Below are positions 1 to 9,665 of a stretch of DNA of 49,710 bases, in pieces. Position numbers and translations under genes: made by a program. Under the pieces are notes generated by a model. It saw nothing but the letters and a program-made list of their open reading frames with translations. It made no database searches and was not told the DNA's origin. Source of the stretch: Candidatus Nomurabacteria bacterium UBA5155 (GTDB lineage Bacteria; Patescibacteriota; Minisyncoccia; Phycocordibacterales; UBA9973); the NCBI GenBank assembly GCA_002413705.1, contig DHXN01000008.1:16576-66285 (forward strand). The letters run 5' to 3'. Every line of letters begins with the position of its first letter. The first letter of the stretch is position 1.

Positions 1-113
1 GCATCCTTGGCCATGCGTTCCTTGGTGCTGCGTCCAAAACGGTAGCCCTTTACTTGTGCTAGGACGTTCTTGCGGCGCTTATTTGCTATGGTTCCTCGTT
101 TTACGCGTGTCAT
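1..113 (-). CDS. rplT: 50S ribosomal protein L20, 5' part (gene runs off the window start)
   Basis: Reverse strand from ATG (113-111) reads MTRVKRGTIANKRRKNVLAQVKGYRFGRSTKERMAKD, the conserved L20 N-terminus. It lies downstream of rpmI and infC as in the canonical operon. Confidence 0.9.
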   Translation of the reverse strand, partial: MTRVKRGTIANKRRKNVLAQVKGYRFGRSTKERMAKD

Positions 114-144
114 GGTAGTAGATTAGTTAAATATTATATAAAGA

Positions 145-336
145 TTATCGGTGTGGGATAAATTGTGCAATATCCTTTGCGGTCATTGGGAATGCTTGTC
201 CTTTTTTGCCAGCCAGCTGCTTGGTACGAGACTGTTTGGCATTGAAGTGGTTAAAACCCGGTGTGCGGCCGATAATTTTGCCTGTTTTGGTCAATTTAAG
301 GCGTTTTGTGTATGATTTGTTGGTTTTTGTAGCCAT
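145..336 (-). CDS. rpmI: 50S ribosomal protein L35
   Basis: 63-aa basic protein MATKTNKSYTKRLKLTKTGKIIGRTPGFNHFNAKQSRTKQ. It sits between infC and rplT. Confidence 0.9.
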   Translation of the reverse strand: MATKTNKSYTKRLKLTKTGKIIGRTPGFNHFNAKQSRTKQLAGKKGQAFPMTAKDIAQFIPHR

Positions 337-354
337 AGTATGGTATTTCTGGAT

Positions 355-870
355 TTATTTTGCATTTTTGTCTCGCTCGATCACAATGGCCAGGCCTTTG
401 GGAGAGCGTTTATGCGGCTCTGCAATCTTATAGTGTTCTGTCACAAAATGCAAGACCCGGTCAAGTCTTTCCTTGAGAAAAGCTTCATCCATACCCTTCG
501 AACGTCCACGAAGGAAAAGTTCGACTTTTATGCGATGACCTTCCTTCAGCCACTTTGAAGCAGTTTTAGCTTTCAGCTCCAGGTCATGGTCTCCAGTACC
601 GACTTTGATTTGAATAGACTTGGTTTCACTGGCTTTGGCGCCGCTTTTGGCTTTTTGTAATTTTTTCTTTTGTTCGTAAAGGTATTTTCCGAATTCAATA
701 ATTTTAGCGATCGGCGGTTTTGATTGCGCGTTGATTTCTACAAGATCCACACCCTGCGCTTCTGCCATCGCAAGCGCTTCTTCAAGAGGAAGAATGCCGA
801 TACTTTCTCCCTCTGCGTCAACGACACGAAGTTCTGACGCGCGTATTTGTTTGTTGATTCGTTCTTTCAA
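355..870 (-). CDS. infC: translation initiation factor IF-3
   Basis: INKQIRASELRVVDAEGESIGILPLEEALAMAEAQGVDLVEI ... KVELFLRGRSKG matches the IF-3 N- and C-domains. The N-terminal 45 aa of the 355..1008 ORF is antisense to truB and looks like junk. The likely start is non-ATG, as is typical for infC: TTG at 870-868 giving MKERINKQIR, or ATA at 879-877. The start is uncertain. Confidence 0.85.
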   Translation of the reverse strand: MKERINKQIRASELRVVDAEGESIGILPLEEALAMAEAQGVDLVEINAQSKPPIAKIIEFGKYLYEQKKKLQKAKSGAKASETKSIQIKVGTGDHDLELKAKTASKWLKEGHRIKVELFLRGRSKGMDEAFLKERLDRVLHFVTEHYKIAEPHKRSPKGLAIVIERDKNAK

Positions 871-888
871 AGTATATATAGTAAGATA

Positions 889-1677
889 ATGCCCTTGCAT
901 AATAACGAAAAAAGCAAAAATAGTCAATACAGGGAGGGAGTTTTTCCATTCTGGAAAAACTCCGGTGAGACTCTGGCTGTCATGCTGCGTCGCTTTCGCG
1001 AAGAACACAACTTCAGTGCCGATGACAAGCTAACCTATGCGGGACGTTTGGACCCTATGGCAGAGGGTATTGTGCCTATTCTGTCCGGAATAGCGCGATT
1101 TCACAAAGATCACCTGCTGAACGCTTCAAAAACCTATGAAGTTGTTATATTGCTTGGTTTGAGTACCGATACCGGCGATATGCTTGGACTGCTGACAAAC
1201 AATACTCTAGAAGAGCATCGTTTTGAACGAATTAAAGATGAGCTGATAAAAAACACGATCGAACAACTTCGGTCACTGACAGAGCTCGTGTATCCGCACT
1301 ATTCATCACGACCTGTCGACGGCAAGCCGTTGTTTGTGCATGCGCGTGCCGGCAATGAAGTGAAGCTACCGGTAAAGAAGATCACGATTCATTCATTGGA
1401 AATGATAGGTATAAAAGAAGTGGCACTAAAAGAACTGCTCGCCAATGCCATGGAAGTTATTTCAAAGGTGTATGGAGATTTTCGCCAAGAAGCGATACTG
1501 GAACAGTGGAAAAAAATCCAAGAACAGGATGGAGAGATTGATGTGCAAATAGTGTCTATCCGAACAACGGTATCATCGGGTACCTACATGCGCTCATTGG
1601 CAGAAAAGATGGGGGAGCTGCTGGGAGTGCCGGCACTGGCCTATAGCATTGTCAGGACAGCAGTGGAAGAAAAATAA
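889..1677 (+). CDS. truB: tRNA pseudouridine synthase, TruB family
   Basis: GVFPFWKNSGETLAVMLRRFR matches the G-x-DKPxGxTS-type N-terminus. YAGRLDPMAEG carries the catalytic Asp motif, and ILLGLSTDTGDMLG is also present. The ATG at 889 is chosen so the N-terminal strand is retained; the start is uncertain. Confidence 0.75.
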   Translation: MPLHNNEKSKNSQYREGVFPFWKNSGETLAVMLRRFREEHNFSADDKLTYAGRLDPMAEGIVPILSGIARFHKDHLLNASKTYEVVILLGLSTDTGDMLGLLTNNTLEEHRFERIKDELIKNTIEQLRSLTELVYPHYSSRPVDGKPLFVHARAGNEVKLPVKKITIHSLEMIGIKEVALKELLANAMEVISKVYGDFRQEAILEQWKKIQEQDGEIDVQIVSIRTTVSSGTYMRSLAEKMGELLGVPALAYSIVRTAVEEK

Positions 1678-1725
1678 GCAAAGAAAAAGCCCGAACGTGT
1701 TAGATTCGGACCTTCTGGTTTTTAC

Positions 1726-2088
1726 TTACACAAGTTTTTGATGAAGAAGAATGCAGTATTCTGTTTCTTCATTGTTGGCCGACAGGCACTGTGGATGACA
1801 ACCATTGTCATCCAGTTTGTTTTTGAAAATAGTGGGCTTATGAACAATTCGTACATGTGACGCGCTACCGCTTGTTTTGTAAGCGATCATAACAGCGCTC
1901 AAACCTGCCGCTCTCATAATGCCGATAGCTAATTTAATAGCATCGTCTCTTAAAAGATTTTGTGTCTGAGTGATTGTTGCGAATTTAATTTGATCAACAT
2001 TGATCAGTCGTCCTCCTTGTATAGATTTTAATAGGGTTGGGCGAATGCTGTCCTGGGACACATTCGCAAGATTTGCTAGTAAGCTCAT
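1726..2088 (-). CDS. hypothetical protein (120 aa)
   Basis: Clean ORF with balanced composition. I recognise no motif. Confidence 0.5.
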   Translation of the reverse strand: MSLLANLANVSQDSIRPTLLKSIQGGRLINVDQIKFATITQTQNLLRDDAIKLAIGIMRAAGLSAVMIAYKTSGSASHVRIVHKPTIFKNKLDDNGCHPQCLSANNEETEYCILLHQKLV

Positions 2089-2176
2089 AGTTCCTTTGTT
2101 TTTTCACATTGTCTCACTAAAATAGAAAAAGTCAACTTCATCTCGTCTTCATATTAGTAATGGTACTATAGTAGCT

Positions 2177-2704
2177 ATGATGACGATAATTAATGTTTTT
2201 GATACTGCAACCGGATATTTTTTCTCAACTATTCGAACTCCCGGGAGAACGGTTTTTTTTAAACTGATGACAATGATTGGTAACCCAAAGACAGCGGTGA
2301 TCATTTTTATACTTGTGAGTATATTTTTCTTGTACAAAAAACAAAAGAAAGTTCTTGTCGCATTTATTATCACGCTGGGTATTGCTGAAAGTATCACCTA
2401 TGTTGCAAAGATGGTGTTTCATCGGGCTCGACCACTGCACGGTCTGGTGATCGAAACTGATTATTCATTTCCTAGTGGTCATGCCACAGCAGCAATGGCA
2501 CTGTACGGCTTTTTGTTGTTCTATTTGCTGAGAAAAAAAACGATACCTACTCCAATAAAAATACTTGTTTTGGTTCTAGGAGTGGCACTGATACTGCTTA
2601 TTGGTATTAGCAGACTGTATCTCGGTGTTCACTATCTCAGCGATGTTCTTGCCGGCTATGTGGTTGGAGCGATCGGTTTGCTGATAGGAACAACTTTTGT
2701 ATGA
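2177..2704 (+). CDS. PAP2-family phosphatase (membrane, undecaprenyl-PP/phosphatidate phosphatase-like)
   Basis: All three PAP2 motifs are present: KMVFHRARP, SFPSGH, SRLYLGVHYLSD. It has multiple TM helices. Confidence 0.85.
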   Translation: MMTIINVFDTATGYFFSTIRTPGRTVFFKLMTMIGNPKTAVIIFILVSIFFLYKKQKKVLVAFIITLGIAESITYVAKMVFHRARPLHGLVIETDYSFPSGHATAAMALYGFLLFYLLRKKTIPTPIKILVLVLGVALILLIGISRLYLGVHYLSDVLAGYVVGAIGLLIGTTFV

Positions 2705-3477
2705 AGATAATTAGTTATAATATTTGGGATTTGCCGTTGTGGTTTGTGCGCAATAGAAAAAAGCGATTGCTTGAAATTGGCAACTTGCTAAGCGATCAAC
2801 ATATGGAAATCATATGCTTTCAAGAGTCATGGGATCTTGAACATCGCGCGGCGCTCTCAGCATATCTCAGAGAAAGAGGGTATCATGATGCCATTCATCA
2901 AGCACAGATCAAACGCAACAATGGCGGATTGCTGACATTTTCAACATTTCCCATTACGTCAGTGCGATTTATTCCTTTTGGCAGAAAAGGACTCTCAGTC
3001 AGTGAAGTTATTGGCAATAAAGGAGTGTTGGAAACTATCATACAAACACCGAAAGGGCCGCTCCGCATCTTGAATCTGCATCTTCATCACCAATCAAGCA
3101 AATTTATCAAAACAGAAAAAATACGATTGCAACAGTTGCAGAAACTTTTTAATGATTTGAAACACGAATCACCGCTGCCTACCATTTTGATGGGCGACTT
3201 CAACGAACATGGTATGATGCAAGAGAAATCATATGCCGATCTTTTTGAGAAAGCCGGATTTATTCACCACAACAATGGCACTGAACTCTTGCCAACATAT
3301 CGAACAGAGAACTATTTTGTTAACAATTGGTTAAACCGCGTACCGCAATCACAACGCTATGACTATATTCTGACTAAGGATATAGAAAAAAACGATTTGC
3401 ATTTTAGCGGCTATGCGCCGTGGTACATTGATCCGCCGCTCTCTGACCATGACCCTGTGGTATTAACAGTCTTATAA
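2701..3477 (+). CDS. endonuclease/exonuclease/phosphatase (EEP) family protein
   Basis: MKIISYNIW, ICFQESW, MGDFNE and SDHDPV motifs. Its ATGA overlaps the end of the upstream gene. Confidence 0.8.
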   Translation: MKIISYNIWDLPLWFVRNRKKRLLEIGNLLSDQHMEIICFQESWDLEHRAALSAYLRERGYHDAIHQAQIKRNNGGLLTFSTFPITSVRFIPFGRKGLSVSEVIGNKGVLETIIQTPKGPLRILNLHLHHQSSKFIKTEKIRLQQLQKLFNDLKHESPLPTILMGDFNEHGMMQEKSYADLFEKAGFIHHNNGTELLPTYRTENYFVNNWLNRVPQSQRYDYILTKDIEKNDLHFSGYAPWYIDPPLSDHDPVVLTVL

Positions 3478-3484
3478 AAAACGT

Positions 3485-4084
3485 ATGCATCTTCCACTGC
3501 AAGATTTGCTAATACAATTTGGAACTACTCATTTTTATTTGATATATCTGGTTATATTTTTTATAGCCATTTTGGAGGGCCCAATACTGTCAGTGATACT
3601 GGGTATCATCCTGCGATTAAATCACTTCAGTTTTATTTTAGTGTATGTGATATTGATAATGGGTGATCTGACCGGCGATGTTATGTTGTATTACGTCGGC
3701 TATCGTTATGGCGTGTCAGTGATATCAAAAGTTAAAAAATGGTTTGGCTTAACGGAGGAGCGAATAAATAAGGCCAAAGAACTGTTTCATAACCATAAGT
3801 ATAAAATATTGTTCATCTCCAAACTGACCAACGGATTTGGTTTCGCAATCCCGGTTCTTGTTACAGCTGGTATCGTGCGTATTCCATTTTGGAAATTTAT
3901 TCGCACCAATATTGCTGGACAGTTGTTCTGGTCAGCAGGACTGCTGGCATTGGGATATTTTTTTGGAGGATTGTATGACAGTATTCACTCTGTCTTGGGT
4001 AAAAGTTTTCTGATCGGGGCGGTACTTATTATCGGTGTTATTGCGTATCACTACATAAAAGGAGTGAGAAAAAATTTTGAATAA
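3485..4084 (+). CDS. DedA/VTT-domain membrane protein
   Basis: Polytopic membrane protein with a LEGPILSV-type N-terminal segment and DedA-like topology. Confidence 0.65.
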   Translation: MHLPLQDLLIQFGTTHFYLIYLVIFFIAILEGPILSVILGIILRLNHFSFILVYVILIMGDLTGDVMLYYVGYRYGVSVISKVKKWFGLTEERINKAKELFHNHKYKILFISKLTNGFGFAIPVLVTAGIVRIPFWKFIRTNIAGQLFWSAGLLALGYFFGGLYDSIHSVLGKSFLIGAVLIIGVIAYHYIKGVRKNFE

Positions 4085-4088
4085 CACT

Positions 4089-4778
4089 ATGATGAAAGCT
4101 TCTATTATTATTCCCGCATACAACGAAGAAGAACGCATTGCTGATGTCATCACATCAGCTTTGATGCAAAACTACCCCTCGTTTGAAATCATCGTTGTGA
4201 ACAATCATTCGACTGATCGCACCAAAGAAATTGCCGTAACATTTCCTGTGACTGTTATTGATGAACAACGAAAGGGATTGCTCTATGCTCGAGAAGCTGG
4301 CAGAAAACAATCGTCGGGAGAGATCATTGCCAATTTGGACGCGGATTGTTTACCAGAAAAAGATTGGTTATTTTCTGGTGCCGCTCATTTTGCTGATGAA
4401 AAAGTAATCGCGGTCAGCGGACCGTATTTGTATCATGATCTTGGTTTATTTGCGCAAAAGTTTTTTCTTTTAACATTTCAATATATATCTCGACCGATGA
4501 ACACGATCATGCAGCTGCCGTTCATCAAACGCGGAGGCGTGCTTGTTGGAGGAAATACGTTCATTCGCGCATCGGTATTAGAAAAGACCAATGGTTATGA
4601 ACAGAGCGATGATTTTTATGGAGAAGACACCAATACTGCCAAGCGTATTTCTCCGCACGGTCGAATTAATTTTGATGCAGATCTTATTATGAAAACATCC
4701 GGACGACGATTTAATAGCGAGGGGTTTATGGCATTGTCTCGCAGATATTTCATAGCATTTTTTACTGCCAGAAAATAA
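4089..4778 (+). CDS. family 2 glycosyltransferase
   Basis: SIIIPAYNEEERI, FEIIVVNNHSTDRT and NLDADC (DxD). The first ATG in the 4077 TTG-ORF is at 4089. Confidence 0.8.
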   Translation: MMKASIIIPAYNEEERIADVITSALMQNYPSFEIIVVNNHSTDRTKEIAVTFPVTVIDEQRKGLLYAREAGRKQSSGEIIANLDADCLPEKDWLFSGAAHFADEKVIAVSGPYLYHDLGLFAQKFFLLTFQYISRPMNTIMQLPFIKRGGVLVGGNTFIRASVLEKTNGYEQSDDFYGEDTNTAKRISPHGRINFDADLIMKTSGRRFNSEGFMALSRRYFIAFFTARK

Positions 4779-4806
4779 TATATGAGTACATCAAAAGTTC
4801 CCGAGA

Positions 4807-5310
4807 CTACATTGCGTTCAAAAATACCAAACTTCTCTCGATAACGTATTTGTTATACAAAGAAAGTGTTTCTTTTAAAACCTCTAGACGCTCACTGATT
4901 AGTTCAATTGCTTTTTCTTTTGATACCCATACTGTTTCCATTCCTCTTTCCAATTCTTTTTCTGTCAGTTCTTGCAATCCTTTTTCACCAATAACTTTTG
5001 CGGTAAAGCAAAACGAGTCATTGATTCGCTCTCGCTCTTTTCGATACTCCAATATTCTGCCGATGTTTGAAAGTATTTCCACATTGCAACCAATTTCTTC
5101 TTTGCATTCTCGCACGCACGCCTGTTCAAATGTTTCTCCTTCTTCCACCCCACCTCCAGGCAATTCATAATAATTACTCTGTCTAATATATAAAAGTGCA
5201 ATATTGCCATCTTCATCAAAGACAATGACACGAGCCGCTTTTCGTGTCTTATACCCAGCAGCTATTTCTTCCGAAATCTGTTCTTCGTTGAAAATATGTA
5301 GGGGTTTCAT
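4807..5310 (-). CDS. NUDIX hydrolase
   Basis: Nudix box GGGVEEGETFEQACVRECKEEIG. The start is at MKPLHIF (or 5328). Confidence 0.85.
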   Translation of the reverse strand: MKPLHIFNEEQISEEIAAGYKTRKAARVIVFDEDGNIALLYIRQSNYYELPGGGVEEGETFEQACVRECKEEIGCNVEILSNIGRILEYRKERERINDSFCFTAKVIGEKGLQELTEKELERGMETVWVSKEKAIELISERLEVLKETLSLYNKYVIERSLVFLNAM

Positions 5311-5368
5311 ATAGGAGAATAGTAGCATGAGCTATAAAAAAAACCTCTTTCGAGGAATTTTTTAGATG

Positions 5369-5757
5369 TGGATATGGGGATATTGAAATCCCGTGTAGAG
5401 AAAGTGAACAAGTAAATCTCCATGCGTAGCACTACTTTTTGTTTAAAGCATAATCTTAAAGTAGTGCGAAATGATTATGTCCCGAGTCTCGACTTATTCG
5501 GCGAATTCCTGAGACAAGGAAGACTACCTATTCTGATGCATGTTGCCGCAATTGTTTTATCAGAAATCAAACATTGCGACACCGGCTTGACCTAAATTAG
5601 GCGAAGATCGGAATGGCACCACCAAATGCTACTGCATAGGGAGATGCCACTTTAGATGAACTTGTTACAGTTATCTGTTGAACGACGGTTGCGGGAGTAC
5701 GTTCATGCCCGGCATGCATACGAGTTCAAGCTTTCACTATCGAAACCTGACATACCC
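5369..5757 (-). ncRNA. ssrA: tmRNA (SsrA)
   Basis: On the minus strand, the 5' GGGTATGTCAGGTTTCGATAG pairs with the 3' CATATCC-A. This gives a 7-bp acceptor stem with the G3:U70 alanine identity pair. A T-arm GGGAT-TTCAAT-ATCCC is present. An internal tag ORF, GCA TCT CCC TAT GCA GTA GCA TTT GGT GGT GCC ATT CCG ATC TTC GCC TAA, lies at 5647-5597. The gene starts 4 nt after the smpB stop. CCA is not encoded. Confidence 0.85.
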
Positions 5758-5761
5758 AAAT

Positions 5762-6208
5762 TTATCTTATAGCCTTAATCTCGCGATCCATATCGCGCTT
5801 ATCAGCTTTTTCTTTCAACGTGTTTCGCTTATCAACTGTTTTTTTACCTTTTGCGATTGCAATGGTCAGCTTGATAAGTGAACCCTTATTATGCAATGAA
5901 ATAGGCACAATAGTCAATCCTTTGGTTTTGAGGATTTTCGCCAGCCCCAGCAGCTCTTTTTTATGCACCAAAAGCTTGCGGGTACGATAGGGGTCGTATG
6001 CAGAGGAGACATTTTTTTCCTGCCAGGCCGGAATATGAGCGCCGAGTAAGACCAGTTCGCCATTCAATAGTGTGACATGACTGCCGTTGAGACTGCCATG
6101 TTGAGCTTTCACGGACTTCACCTCTGTACCCAAAAGCTCGATACCGGTTTCTATCGTGTCTTCGAGTGTGAAATTGAGACCGGCTTTTTTGTTGCGGAGA
6201 TATTCCAT
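5762..6208 (-). CDS. smpB: SsrA-binding protein SmpB
   Basis: GIELLGTEVKSVKA, NGELVLLGAHI, YDPYRTRKLLVHKKEL and KGLTIVPISL. The start is taken at MEYLRNKK, since the longer ORF overlaps the ftsH start. Confidence 0.9.
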   Translation of the reverse strand: MEYLRNKKAGLNFTLEDTIETGIELLGTEVKSVKAQHGSLNGSHVTLLNGELVLLGAHIPAWQEKNVSSAYDPYRTRKLLVHKKELLGLAKILKTKGLTIVPISLHNKGSLIKLTIAIAKGKKTVDKRNTLKEKADKRDMDREIKAIR

Positions 6209-6259
6209 ACCAATATCGTAGCATATCTCCGCTCCAGTACGCGTGGTATAATAGCCATT

Positions 6260-8179
6260 ATGCCGAAAAAAGACAAAAACACCGTACCCCCTCAAGAAGG
6301 AAATCCCCAAAAGAAACCAGACCCAAAGAAGCGTTCACTTTCTTCTTATATATTCAGTACACTGCTGATATTTGCTGTGATCATGGTGGTATTCTCACTG
6401 TTCTCTGGAGTTGGCACACCAAAAACAACTACCGTGACACTTTCAGAAGTAGCTCGTCTGGCTGAAGCGGGACAAGTGAAAAGCATTGTCATTACAGACG
6501 AAGATCTGACGGTAACAAAAACTGATGACTCTGTGGTGAAGTCGGTGAAAGAAACTGATGCATCACTGGTGCAAACACTTTCATCATACGGAGTGGACGC
6601 GACTCACCTCAATGCGCTTGATATCAGTGTTTCAACACAGTCTGGATTTATGTATTTCTTGGTGACATTCTTGCCAATCATTTTACCAATTCTTCTTGTA
6701 ATATTCTTCTTCTGGATGCTGACACGTCAGTCCAAAGGAGCAGGTATGCAAGCATTCACATTTGGACAATCCAAAGCGCGTATCACTGACCCTAATGACA
6801 ACACCAATCGTGTCACCTTCAAAGATGTGGCCGGCGCGCGCGAAGCAAAAGAGGAACTGAAAGAAATTGTCGACTTCCTGCGCAATCCAAAAAAGTTTTT
6901 GGAAATCGGCGCGCGTATTCCTAAAGGTGTGCTGTTGACCGGAGCACCGGGAACAGGTAAGACATTGCTTGCTCGTGCGGTAGCCGGAGAGGCAGGTGTG
7001 CCGTTCTATCATTTGTCCGGTTCTGAATTCGTTGAAATGTTTGTCGGTGTCGGTGCGTCTCGCGTGCGTGATCTTTTCAAAATGGCCAAGCGTGCAGCGC
7101 CGGCAATTATTTTTATTGATGAAATTGATGCTGTCGGACGAGTCCGCGGTGGTGGCTATGGAGGCGGCAATGACGAACGAGAACAAACACTCAATCAAAT
7201 CCTGGTTGAAATGGACGGCTTTGAGCCAAATGATAAAGTGATCGTGATGGCAGCGACAAATCGTAATGATGTGTTGGATCCTGCATTGCTTCGTCCGGGT
7301 CGCTTTGACCGTCGAGTGATACTCGACCTGCCTGATCGCCGCGATCGTGAAGAAATTCTCGAAGTGCACTCAACCAAGAAACCGTTCGGCGAAGATGTGA
7401 ATTTGAAAGTGATCGCGGAACGCACACCGGGATTTTCTGGCGCCGACTTGTCATCATTGATGAATGAGGGCGCGATCCTGGCAGCGCGTGAAAACCGCAA
7501 GAAAATTTCTCAGTTTGATCTTATTCGTTCGATTGAAAAAGTGATGATCGGTCCAGAACGCAAGAGTCATTTGTTTACCAAAAAAGAAAAATTGATCACC
7601 GCATATCACGAAGCCGGTCACGCGCTTGTGGCATCAGTATTGCCTGATGCTGATCCGGTGCACAAGATTTCTATCGTGGCGCGCGGACGTGCCGGCGGAT
7701 ACACATTGAAGCTGCCGCTTGAAGAACGAAAGCTTCAGACACGCAAAGAATTTTTGGATGACATTGCCATGAGTCTCGGCGGTTATGCCGCAGAACAAAT
7801 GATCTTTGGCGACGTGACCACTGGTCCTTCAAATGACTTGCAGGTGGCCAGCAGTTTGGCACGCGCCATGGTCACTCGCTGGGGTATGAGTGACAGCATT
7901 GGTCCGGTGGCGCTTGAAAATGACGGCGGACGCGCGATGTTCGGACAGGGCGTGGAAAGCAAAGAATACTCTGAAAAAACCAGCGCATTGATTGACTCCG
8001 AAGTGCAGCGCATCATGAACGAAGCAATGACGCGCGCTCGCGAAGTGCTCACTACTTACAAAAACGTCTTGGAAATCATCACCAAAAAACTGATGGATGT
8101 CGAAACACTTGAACAGCCGGAGTACGAAGCGATTCTTTCTGCGCATGGCATTGAGCTTAAGAAATTAGAGGTTCTCTAG
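6260..8179 (+). CDS. ftsH: ATP-dependent zinc metalloprotease FtsH
   Basis: Walker [29 protein letters not shown], the SRH motif and the zinc site HEAGHAL. An N-terminal TM helix is present. The start is at MPKKDKN. Confidence 0.95.
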   Translation: MPKKDKNTVPPQEGNPQKKPDPKKRSLSSYIFSTLLIFAVIMVVFSLFSGVGTPKTTTVTLSEVARLAEAGQVKSIVITDEDLTVTKTDDSVVKSVKETDASLVQTLSSYGVDATHLNALDISVSTQSGFMYFLVTFLPIILPILLVIFFFWMLTRQSKGAGMQAFTFGQSKARITDPNDNTNRVTFKDVAGAREAKEELKEIVDFLRNPKKFLEIGARIPKGVLLTGAPGTGKTLLARAVAGEAGVPFYHLSGSEFVEMFVGVGASRVRDLFKMAKRAAPAIIFIDEIDAVGRVRGGGYGGGNDEREQTLNQILVEMDGFEPNDKVIVMAATNRNDVLDPALLRPGRFDRRVILDLPDRRDREEILEVHSTKKPFGEDVNLKVIAERTPGFSGADLSSLMNEGAILAARENRKKISQFDLIRSIEKVMIGPERKSHLFTKKEKLITAYHEAGHALVASVLPDADPVHKISIVARGRAGGYTLKLPLEERKLQTRKEFLDDIAMSLGGYAAEQMIFGDVTTGPSNDLQVASSLARAMVTRWGMSDSIGPVALENDGGRAMFGQGVESKEYSEKTSALIDSEVQRIMNEAMTRAREVLTTYKNVLEIITKKLMDVETLEQPEYEAILSAHGIELKKLEVL

Positions 8180-8187
8180 TGTCTAAC

Positions 8188-9294
8188 ATGAAAACATTTT
8201 TTGCAACACTTGTACTCGTGGCGATATGCATTGTTTCTTTGCCGACTACTGTTGCCCATGCCAGCGCGCTGAAGATCGTGCAAAAACCGGTTTCATTTGG
8301 ATACAAAACTGTTGCTAGTACCCGTCCCCGCACTATTGATACGATCATTGTTCATGCCACATATAATCCCACACTGAAAACACAAACATTTGCCGGGGCA
8401 TTTTCAGAATGGAAGGCAAACGCCGTGTCGCCGCACTATGCGATTGATCGCGTCGGAGTGATTTATCAACTGGTGGCAGAAAAAAATATTGCGTATCATG
8501 CCGGTGTCGCCACATTGCCCAATGGTGATACCAATGTGAACACGCGCTCTATCGGCATTGAAATGATCTACAGCAACAAGGACACACCGAGTGCCGCGCA
8601 GTATGCATCATTGCAAGCGTTGATCAAAAATATTCAAAGTCGTTATAACATTGGATACATATTGGGCCATAAACAAATTTCACCAGGACGAAAAGTAGAT
8701 CCATGGAATTTCGACTACACCAAGATCAGTAGCTTGTTCATGCCAGCCACATCAGTTTTTGCACCACCTGTCACACTGAGTACTACAATATTTCAAAGAG
8801 CGATCGCACCGCTGACAATTGCGCAACAGTCAGTCATGCAACAGTACTCATATCGCGCCAGATGTCCTGTTTCGCTTGGTGATTTGCGCGCGATCAATGT
8901 TTCATACCATGACTTCAATGGAGCAGTAGAGCAGGGTACACTGGTGGTACACAAATCAATCGCTCCACAAACCGTTGACGCATTTCAAGCCTTGTTCAAT
9001 CAAAAATTTCCTATTCATAGCATCAGACCAATAGATGAATACCAGGGCATGGATGCGTCATCGGTTGCCGCTGACAACACTTCAGCATTTAACTGTCGCC
9101 CCGTCTCCGGCACCAGTGTCTTGTCTCAGCATGCATACGGTACCGCGATTGATATCAATCCAAAAGAAAATACAAATGTAAAAAACACTCTCACCGCAGC
9201 CGTGGTTTCAATCATGAAAAATTTCGGCTTTCAGTGGGGCGGCAATTGGACTGCCAAGAAGGACTATCAACACTTTTCTACCAACGGGAAATAA
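8188..9294 (+). CDS. secreted two-domain peptidoglycan hydrolase (N-acetylmuramoyl-L-alanine amidase + M15 D-Ala-D-Ala peptidase-like domain)
   Basis: Signal peptide MKTFFATLVLVAICIVSLPTTVAHA. The N-terminal half has IDTIIVHATYN, IAYHAG and SIGIEM (amidase_2/PGRP-like). The C-terminal half has SQHAYGTAIDINP and FGFQWGGNW (VanY/M15-like). Confidence 0.7.
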   Translation: MKTFFATLVLVAICIVSLPTTVAHASALKIVQKPVSFGYKTVASTRPRTIDTIIVHATYNPTLKTQTFAGAFSEWKANAVSPHYAIDRVGVIYQLVAEKNIAYHAGVATLPNGDTNVNTRSIGIEMIYSNKDTPSAAQYASLQALIKNIQSRYNIGYILGHKQISPGRKVDPWNFDYTKISSLFMPATSVFAPPVTLSTTIFQRAIAPLTIAQQSVMQQYSYRARCPVSLGDLRAINVSYHDFNGAVEQGTLVVHKSIAPQTVDAFQALFNQKFPIHSIRPIDEYQGMDASSVAADNTSAFNCRPVSGTSVLSQHAYGTAIDINPKENTNVKNTLTAAVVSIMKNFGFQWGGNWTAKKDYQHFSTNGK

Positions 9295-9321
9295 TATATA
9301 CTTAATTAAACCCTTTGTACT

Positions 9322-9591
9322 ATGAAAATTTTGTTCATTTGTCTTTTTGCGCTATTCCTGGGAGTAGGAAGTGTCGCAGCTCAATCAAAAAATCTAACTG
9401 ATTCTTTAGTATTGTCTCCAAAACAAAAAAATAAACCGTATCCTGTGCTAAAAGCGGAAACGCCGCAATTATTTTTTCAACAGGTATTGCTTGAACATAT
9501 TGAGAAAAGGATTCAGAGAAAAATTATAAAATCAATCCAGCAGGAAGATCGTAAAAATTGTATGTCGTATTCGTACGGTATTCGATTTTAG
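9322..9591 (+). CDS. small secreted hypothetical protein
   Basis: Signal peptide MKILFICLFALFLGVGSVAAQS. It is followed by a terminator. Confidence 0.4.
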   Translation: MKILFICLFALFLGVGSVAAQSKNLTDSLVLSPKQKNKPYPVLKAETPQLFFQQVLLEHIEKRIQRKIIKSIQQEDRKNCMSYSYGIRF

Positions 9592-9612
9592 GATTTTTAT
9601 TTTCAATAAAAC

Positions 9613-9641
9613 AAAAAAGCTACCGCAATGGTAGCTTTTTA
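9613..9641. terminator. bidirectional rho-independent terminator
   Basis: AAAAAAGCTACC-gcaat-GGTAGCTTTTT lies between convergent genes. Confidence 0.65.
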
Positions 9642-9665
9642 TATTGCGAATTATTTTTTACGTTT

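Noticed and set aside
355-1008. Full 217-aa version of the infC ORF, and the 847 start of the truB ORF.
   Set aside because: The extensions are mutually antisense and are created by the perfect palindrome at 937-963. The IF-3 and TruB homology begins well inside each ORF.
5678-5881. 67-aa plus-strand ORF across the tmRNA 5' end and the smpB 3' end.
   Set aside because: It lies antisense to two well-supported features and has no start context or motif.
6683-8146. Several long ORFs antisense to, or out of frame with, ftsH (for example 6683..7369, 7195..7500, 7829..8146). Similar sets lie inside pilB, ligA, recG and the helicase gene.
   Set aside because: They overlap strongly supported conserved genes. 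Their composition is Arg/Cys/Ser/His-rich and junk-like. They are the expected by-product of locally higher G+C and stop-poor antisense frames.
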